A stretch of DNA of 64,000 nucleotides, taken from NCBI GenBank assembly GCA_963665775.2, contig CAXXTF010000002.1, positions 1,429,300 to 1,493,299 on the forward strand. The letters are read 5' to 3'. The notes under the pieces are model-generated. The model was not told the DNA's origin. It saw only the letters and a list, made by a program, of their open reading frames with translations, and did no database searches. A program made the translations under genes and the position numbers. Position 1 is the stretch's first letter. Every line of letters begins with the position of its first letter. Shown here piece by piece: positions 58,098-64,000 of the stretch. This stretch comes from Dehalococcoidia bacterium. GTDB lineage: Bacteria > Chloroflexota > Dehalococcoidia > SM23-28-2 > RBG-16-64-32.

Positions 58098-58709
58098 CTA
58101 CCACTGTAGCCCAAGCCGCTGGAGTTCGGACACGAGTGAGGGCAGATGGCCCTGGTAGTGGATGCCGTGCATGCCCGCCTCACGAGCGCCGATAACGTTG
58201 CGCTGGATGTCGTCTATGTGTACACAGGCCGGAGGTTGCACCCCCATCTGCTCGGCAGCTAGACGAAAGATTCGTGGGTCTGGCTTGGCCATTCCGACCC
58301 GGGCCGAGTTCACGATGGGGTCAAACAGGTGATCGATCTCGTAGTGATCATGCAGAACGTCCTCCAGATCCAGACTCCCATTGGAGATCATCCCCACCTT
58401 GTAGTTTCTCCTCAGCTGCCTAGCCAAATCGATTACCTCTTCATTCCGCCCCCGCCAGACCCTCTCCGACTCGGCTACAATGCCCTGCAAGGAGCGGCCA
58501 GCAATCTCTTCCAGCCTCCGGCGCATGGCCTCTTGCCAGGCCTCCTCAATGCCTTTGCCAAAGCGCAGCTCTTGCCACTCCGGAATCTCGTAGGCTGCCT
58601 GCCGGAGTGCGCCCTTGGGCAGCCCGTACTGCTCCTCTAGGCGGCGCATCTCTTCAGGGTCGGGCGTCGCGATCACCCCTCCGAAGTCGAAGAAGACGGC
58701 CTCCATCAT
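58098..58709 (-). CDS. HAD-family phosphatase (YihX-like)
   Basis: FDFGGV, ISN, KPDPRIF, IDD..NV. Confidence 0.92.
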   Translation of the reverse strand: MMEAVFFDFGGVIATPDPEEMRRLEEQYGLPKGALRQAAYEIPEWQELRFGKGIEEAWQEAMRRRLEEIAGRSLQGIVAESERVWRGRNEEVIDLARQLRRNYKVGMISNGSLDLEDVLHDHYEIDHLFDPIVNSARVGMAKPDPRIFRLAAEQMGVQPPACVHIDDIQRNVIGAREAGMHGIHYQGHLPSLVSELQRLGLQW

Positions 58710-58860
58710 GGCTGGTACTCGACAGCCTCAGGACGGACCGTAATGGCCCACCTTACGGGAACGCCATTCGTCACGGAGCAGTCTGTACACAGCATTATCG
58801 GCTCTCTCCCCGCGTAGTATCTGATTGCCATGACGACTTCTGATACGGATACCCGAGAGC

Positions 58861-59469
58861 CTAGAAACCTTCTTCACCCCTCGGTGAGGCGTAATCACCG
58901 TCGACCGGCGCTCCGGCCAGCTTCGTTGCGAAATACCGACCTATGATGTGACGGTCTGCCTCAAAGGCTAGCTCCGGAAGTATATCAGAGACCGAATACC
59001 AAGCGACCGCATCGGCGTCATCGCCTGGGCGAATCTCACCACCGCTCACGTGAGCGAGGAGCACCACGACGAGTGTGTGGACTTTGGGCGAGAAGAAGTT
59101 GGACACGACACTTAAGACTGCCTTGATTTCCACGTCCAACCCTGTCTCCTCCTTCACCTCCCTGATGGCCGCCGTCAGGTAGTCCTCGTCGTACTCGACG
59201 TAGCCGCAGGGCAGGCACCACGGTCCGCCCTTGAAAGTCCCTTTGGCTCGGCGACAAAGAAGGAATCGGTCGTTGTCGACGACTAGTATCGATACTGCCG
59301 GAGCCGGGTTCTTGAAGTGCACAAAGCCGCACGCCTTGCACAACTTTCGACGCTTTCCGCCTACCGTGTCATGGATCAAACCAGATCCGCAGACCGGACA
59401 GACGTTGAAGCCGTCTTGATCCCCCGAGCTAATCTCAGTGTATTCCCTAAAGACCTGCTTCGGTTCCAT
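58861..59469 (-). CDS. NUDIX hydrolase with Zn ribbon
   Basis: CPVCG..CKACG; GYVEYDEDYLTAAIREVKEETG Nudix box. Confidence 0.93.
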   Translation of the reverse strand: MEPKQVFREYTEISSGDQDGFNVCPVCGSGLIHDTVGGKRRKLCKACGFVHFKNPAPAVSILVVDNDRFLLCRRAKGTFKGGPWCLPCGYVEYDEDYLTAAIREVKEETGLDVEIKAVLSVVSNFFSPKVHTLVVVLLAHVSGGEIRPGDDADAVAWYSVSDILPELAFEADRHIIGRYFATKLAGAPVDGDYASPRGEEGF

Positions 59470-60239
59470 GGGAAAGTCCTCACCTAGACAACGTGGACGG
59501 CCAGTTCAAAGCTCCTTCCTACAGTTTTCCACAGAGCCCTCGTTCGATCCATCTGATGAAAGACGGCACGGTCCACCGCCGGGGTTAGAGGCCCGCTGGC
59601 GGTACCGGCGGGAGCGGCGTAGCGGTCCACCCTCTGCTCACGCCCATTCGCCGGTAATCGCCCATAGCCAGATACCATGAATAAGCGGCGCGCCAAGCGA
59701 CACGAGCAACCCGCCAAGGTCAAGGAGGTCGCCATCTGCGGACAGGCCGCCGAAGGCTGCGGCCATTCTAGGCACGACCAAGTGCGTCGCAGGATTGACC
59801 TGGGACCAGTGTAGCTCCGTCGGGCCTACCGTTGCAGTGGTGTGGCGTTCCCCGGTAACTCCTTGCCCGCCGGAAGCGTTTCTATTATCGCGGCCCATCT
59901 CACATTGAGCTGCGCCAGGCCAGGAGAGGGTGACTGTAGATGCTTCGGAGATGGCTTTCGTGGTGGCACCATGTGCGGTGTCGAACCTGTCACTATCTGC
60001 CGCACCGGTAGCTCCAAAGCTTGCCGGGCGGCGTAGCCCAGCCCCATTGACCGTCCTGGCGTGTGGGGTGCCATTACCACATCCGCGGTACCAGCGAGCC
60101 GCTGGGCCAGCTCCCGCAACCCAGAAGTTCGAAATCGATTTATCCCTGCACGGTCGGACCTAGCTGAGGATGCGCACAGGGCACGCCCAACAAACACTTT
60201 CCGGTGCGGCGACCTAGTGCTGCCGAGAATTCGCAGGGC

Positions 60240-61103
60240 CTAGCTTCCCCGTTGGCCAGCGTCCGGCCGACCCTGTAGCTGCTCTCGCACGAACTCCAGA
60301 TGTTGAAGGACGTCTTCTGCGTCGGCAGCGTCGGGCACGCTGGCAAGATACACCTCCAGATCCGACAATGCACCGGCCAGATCGCCCAGGTGATAGCGCA
60401 AGAAACCCCGATCTCGTACTTGTGGTGGCTCTCCAGGCCTGATAAGGAGAAGCCGCTCCACCACAGCGAGCGCCCGTCGGTGATCCTCGCGGTGAAGGTA
60501 AATCGCCTTCAGATTGTTGAGGATCCGTGTGATTATCTCCTTCTTAGCGACCGCAGCCAAGTAGTCGTGATGGAAGGGAGTGGGACGGCCCGCCATACGG
60601 CTAAGGAGCTCTGAGTAGTCCGCTTCACTCATGATGATCCCCCGGTAGAATGGCGCGACGACGATCTCCTCGTCTGGAGCCACGTACTTGGCCAGGAAAT
60701 GCCCGGGCATGCCAACGCCAACGATCGGCAGCCCGAGCCGCCGGCCGACTTCTATGTATACCAGAGACAGCGTTATCGGGATGCCCGTCCTACGGTCGAG
60801 CACATCGTTCAGGAAACTATTGCGAGGATCGTAGTAGTCGTCCTCGTCACCGCGGAACCCCTCCTCGTCGAAAATGTACTCACTGAGGCGGTTGACTATG
60901 CTGTAGGGCTCTGTCTCATCCCCAATTCGCCGCGCCGCCTTCTTCGCCAGCCCATTCAACACCCCTAGATAATGGCCCCTGTCTAGATTGGGATACTCCT
61001 CCTGCGCTATCAATAGGGCCATCTCTGCCAAGTCGATCTCATCGTCCGGGCGGCTCAGGCCCTTCTCGAACAACTCGCGGATCTCTATCTGCTTCATTTT
61101 CAT
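60240..61103 (-). CDS. SirB1-like transglutaminase/TPR protein
   Basis: YYDPRNSFLNDVLDRRTGIPITLS, GVGMPGHF, RILNNLK, RDRG. Confidence 0.92.
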   Translation of the reverse strand: MKMKQIEIRELFEKGLSRPDDEIDLAEMALLIAQEEYPNLDRGHYLGVLNGLAKKAARRIGDETEPYSIVNRLSEYIFDEEGFRGDEDDYYDPRNSFLNDVLDRRTGIPITLSLVYIEVGRRLGLPIVGVGMPGHFLAKYVAPDEEIVVAPFYRGIIMSEADYSELLSRMAGRPTPFHHDYLAAVAKKEIITRILNNLKAIYLHREDHRRALAVVERLLLIRPGEPPQVRDRGFLRYHLGDLAGALSDLEVYLASVPDAADAEDVLQHLEFVREQLQGRPDAGQRGS

Positions 61104-61407
61104 CCATGCCTTGGCGCGACGGGTTACGCCTTTACATTCTCGCACTTCACAGCCCGAACCCGCCATATCCAGTGGGGGCCCAACCCGCCGGGAACCAGAA
61201 CTAGCTCCGCCTCGCTCCGGCAGGCAGAGAGGACGAAGTGCTGGTGGTAGCCGGCATGCGGTTTAACCCTCTCGGACTCCGCTTTTGCTGTTTGACCGTC
61301 GCTGGCTGCGGTTTCTAGATTCGGATTTGGAAACAGTTCTGCCTAATAATTTGTTCTATTGTTTACTAACGTGATAAAATCTTAACGTGGAGACAAGGAG
61401 CGTCCAG

Positions 61408-62016
61408 ATGCAGACGACCCGCCAGCAGATCCTGGGGCGTCTCCAGCGGCAGGGGCGGGCCACCGTGAAGGAGTTGGGTCAGCTCCTGGGGCTCGCATCT
61501 ACAGGGATCCGTCAGCATCTCACGGTGATGGAGCGGGATGGCCTGCTGGAGGCCCGCGAGGAGCGGGGCCGCGTAGGTCGCCCCCGCCTTGTGTACTCCC
61601 TCACGGAGAAGGCCGATGGCCTTTTCCCTAAGAGCTACGATCTCCTGGCCAGCGATGGTAACGATAAGCTGCATCAGCTCTTGCACCGCGTGGCCCTTCG
61701 GCTCGCCTCGCCCTATCTCGAACGGGTGAAAGGTAAGCCCCAGGCTCAGCGGGTCACGGAAACGGCTAGTATCATGGAGGAGCTGGGCAGCCTGGTAGAG
61801 TGTGGCGAAGTGAACGGCGAGTGGCGCATCGACGAGTTTACTTGCCCCTTCCTCACCGTCGCCCGGCGGGATCCCGCGGTCTGCGCTCTCCATGTGGAGT
61901 TCGTTAGCATCCTGACCGAGAGCGACGCTCGCCTCAGCCACAGCATCCTCCGCGGCGAGCGCTCATGCACCTATCGCCTGCCGCCGGTCGCCCAGACGTC
62001 TGCTGTCCCCGGCTAG
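61408..62016 (+). CDS. SufR-like HTH transcriptional regulator
   Basis: TRQQIL..IRQHL..GRPRLVYSLT..FP..Y; CPF..VC..H..CTY; AT-rich promoter TTGTTC-N18-TAAAAT at 61351-61380. Confidence 0.8.
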   Translation: MQTTRQQILGRLQRQGRATVKELGQLLGLASTGIRQHLTVMERDGLLEAREERGRVGRPRLVYSLTEKADGLFPKSYDLLASDGNDKLHQLLHRVALRLASPYLERVKGKPQAQRVTETASIMEELGSLVECGEVNGEWRIDEFTCPFLTVARRDPAVCALHVEFVSILTESDARLSHSILRGERSCTYRLPPVAQTSAVPG

Positions 62017-62346
62017 ACCGCCGGCCGTCCCCCCGCACTCCCCAACCTAGAGACTTAGGCGCCGGGTTTAACCGTGGGAGGGGACAAGAACCCATCCGTA
62101 TCTGAATGAGCAGGCTTGACTTTCTATCCAACCTGAGTAGTGCATGTCGCCTATGGGCGCGGAGGACCGCCCATCAGCACCTCGAGCCGTTTCGCCTGCG
62201 AAGGTGGGTTAGCGTGGACACCAAGCGCCACCGCAAGGAGATCGTCCGTGAGCTGCGGCCCGCTTGATGATTTCGACCTTGGAGACCTTCCGGGGATCGG
62301 GGCCACGCGCTTGGTGGCTATTGTCGCCAATTCGATTCCCCATCGT

Positions 62347-62553
62347 TTACAGCCGGAGTTTGCCGTGCGACGGTTGAGCGCGGCGACGGCGGTGCGCTCC
62401 GCTGGCCTGGCTCTCCAGCTCGAGAGTCGCCGGAGCACCTACCTCATTCAGGAAGCCGCAATGTAGGCAGGTGCTGTAGGCGCCATGACAGTCCTCCTCG
62501 GACAGCATTAAGCCGCTGCACCTGGGACAGTTACGCGGTGGCGCTCCATGCAT
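62347..62553 (-). CDS. Small zinc-ribbon protein
   Basis: CPRCSG..HGAYSTCLHCG; GAGGTGAGG RBS; paralog of 12004-12162. Confidence 0.65.
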   Translation of the reverse strand: MHGAPPRNCPRCSGLMLSEEDCHGAYSTCLHCGFLNEVGAPATLELESQASGAHRRRRAQPSHGKLRL

Positions 62554-62940
62554 CGACCCTCACCTCACTCGGCTAAACAACAATAAGCCTGCTACCAGTT
62601 CCCCTGGCCAGGCCCTTTCGCCCGCAGTGTGCCGCACCTGGCTATCCCAGAGGATGGAAGTTTCGAGTCCGCCTCTAGATAGCGTCTCGGCCAGAATTCC
62701 CTCCGACTGGCTGGGATAGACGGGAACGAGCCGTGTCCCTGTGCCGCCATAAAGCGATGCTTGCCAGACGAACAGCGAGGCGGGCCCTGACTTCCGCCTG
62801 CTCATGCCACGCTAGAGGCTTCACAGAAGTGTACTGTGACTGTTTGTACCGTTCCAACTGTATAAACTATACTATAGAGGTGGTCTCGTTTGTCTGAACA
62901 GCGCTGCCCGGTTTGATAAGTGGAATCGCGCTACCGTGCG

Positions 62941-63768
62941 TTAGGCCGCCTCGGACTCGGCAGGCACTCTGTCAAAGAACTGGTCCGGCGTCATTCCCCC
63001 AAGGCTCGAATGGGGCCGTCCGGCATTGTAAAACTCGAAGTACCGCCCGAGTCCAGTTCTGGCTTCCGGGACCGATTCGTAGGCTCTCAGGTACATCTCC
63101 TTGTACTTGACGCTCTTCCACAGCCGTTCGACGAACACATTATCCTTCCAGCCTCCCCTCCCGTCCATGCTGATCTGGATCCCATTGGCTTTCAGCAGGC
63201 CGGTGAAGGCGTCACTTGTGAACTGGCTTCCCTGATCTGTGTTGAATATCTCCGGCGCGCCGTGGCGTCCCAGGGATTCTTCGAGCGCCTCCACGCAGAA
63301 GCCTGTGTCTATTGTGACCGATACCCGCCAGGCCAGCACCTTGCGGCTATGCCAGTCCATCACTGCGGCTAGGTACACGAACCCCCTGGCCATCGGAATG
63401 TACGTGATGTCCATTGCCCACACCTGGTTGGGCCTGCTCACCTCAAGTCCGCGCAGCAGGTACGGATACACAGTATGGCCGGGGCGTCGCCGGCTGGTGT
63501 TGGGCTTGCGGTACAGCGCCTCGATGCCCATCCGCCGCATCAGTGTGGCGATGTGTCTACGCCCGGAGGAGAGTCCCTCCTGGCGGAGCAGGCCTCGCAT
63601 CATCCTACTGCCTGCAAACGGATACTCAAGGTGCAGCTCATCGATGCGGCGCATCAGTCCGAGACCGGCTTCGCCCACCGGCCGCGGCCGGTAGTAGATG
63701 CTCCCGCGGCTGATGCCCACTGCCTTTGCCTGGCGGGCGAGAGGCAGCTTGTGATCGCGGTCGATCAT
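62941..63768 (-). CDS. IS3 transposase OrfB (rve)
   Basis: WAMDITY, NTDQGSQF, DNVFVERLW, YNAGRPHSSL. Confidence 0.95.
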   Translation of the reverse strand: MIDRDHKLPLARQAKAVGISRGSIYYRPRPVGEAGLGLMRRIDELHLEYPFAGSRMMRGLLRQEGLSSGRRHIATLMRRMGIEALYRKPNTSRRRPGHTVYPYLLRGLEVSRPNQVWAMDITYIPMARGFVYLAAVMDWHSRKVLAWRVSVTIDTGFCVEALEESLGRHGAPEIFNTDQGSQFTSDAFTGLLKANGIQISMDGRGGWKDNVFVERLWKSVKYKEMYLRAYESVPEARTGLGRYFEFYNAGRPHSSLGGMTPDQFFDRVPAESEAA

Positions 63769-64000
63769 CGCCTTGCGCCCGGCAATCCCGCCTTCGTGAG
63801 CGCGGCCTCTAAAAAATCATTCTCCAACGCAAGCTCACCGATCTTAGCGTGAAGGACCTTCATATCTACCGGCTTTTCAGCCTGCCCTGTCCCGGCGCCA
63901 AATAACTGCGCCGCCCGATCCAGCAACTGGGTCTTCCATTGCGTGATCTGGTTCGGGTGCACATCGAACTGGCTTGCCAACTCCGAAAGTGTCCGGTCTC
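63765..64000 (-). CDS. IS3 OrfA (partial)
   Basis: FDVHPNQITQWK..LHAKIGELALENDFL; ATGA overlap with orfB. Confidence 0.9.
   Translation of the reverse strand, partial: DRTLSELASQFDVHPNQITQWKTQLLDRAAQLFGAGTGQAEKPVDMKVLHAKIGELALENDFLEAALTKAGLPGARR

Larger units (their letters stand above)
62875..64000 (-). mobile_element. IS3-family element, truncated by the window end
   Basis: orfA/orfB pair; probable right end TAGAGGTGGTCTCGTTTGTCTGAACAG at about 62875-62901. Confidence 0.88.

Noticed and set aside
59826-60197. CaiB/BaiF CoA-transferase remnant
   Set aside because: RELAQRLAGTADVV..PG..LGY is suggestive but too short and degenerate to call.
1-64000. Genome-wide reassignment of TAG
   Set aside because: TAG terminates many clear genes at their expected ends (glnA 2425, treT, GYD protein, integrase 2, fba).

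Overview
GC-rich bacterial window, by inference a Chloroflexota/Dehalococcoidia-like genome or MAG (PAC2 chaperone, GYD, small CPRC Zn-ribbon genes, tal-pgi fusion). Left to right: (1) a nitrogen cluster on the minus strand (amtB, broken glnK, two type I glutamine synthetases, ACT protein, second PII) with an 11-bp-phased GTAAC array upstream of amtB. (2) A large HEXXH lipoprotein and a sortase relic. (3) A mosaic accessory region at about 9-32 kb with two paralogous tyrosine recombinases, 3'-half tRNA-Lys and tRNA-Gly copies (att-like), a ~56-bp arm-like repeat unit (4 copies), a bipartite motif CTTGACT-N13/14-GAGTGATGAATG (6 copies in the window), a capsid-less MTase-ParB-TerS-TerL packaging module, IS6 and IS1380, treT, a Kef-like antiporter and a c-di-AMP riboswitch ahead of a 52-aa Zn-ribbon gene. 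(4) A selD-nucleotidyltransferase-apgM operon in which two genes carry an in-frame TAG. (5) An fba / tal-pgi / gnd / broken zwf operon. (6) An unusual ~10-kb membrane cluster: two intact PAP2 phosphatases, two copies of an atypical protein-kinase-like/membrane protein (one fused to a degenerate PAP2), an FtsH and a HAD + GDPD-like fusion. (7) rpsU, assorted hydrolases, SirB1-like and SufR-like genes, and an IS3 cut by the window edge. Many genes are broken by deletions, frameshifts or stops. All calls come from motif recognition by eye; no database searches were run.
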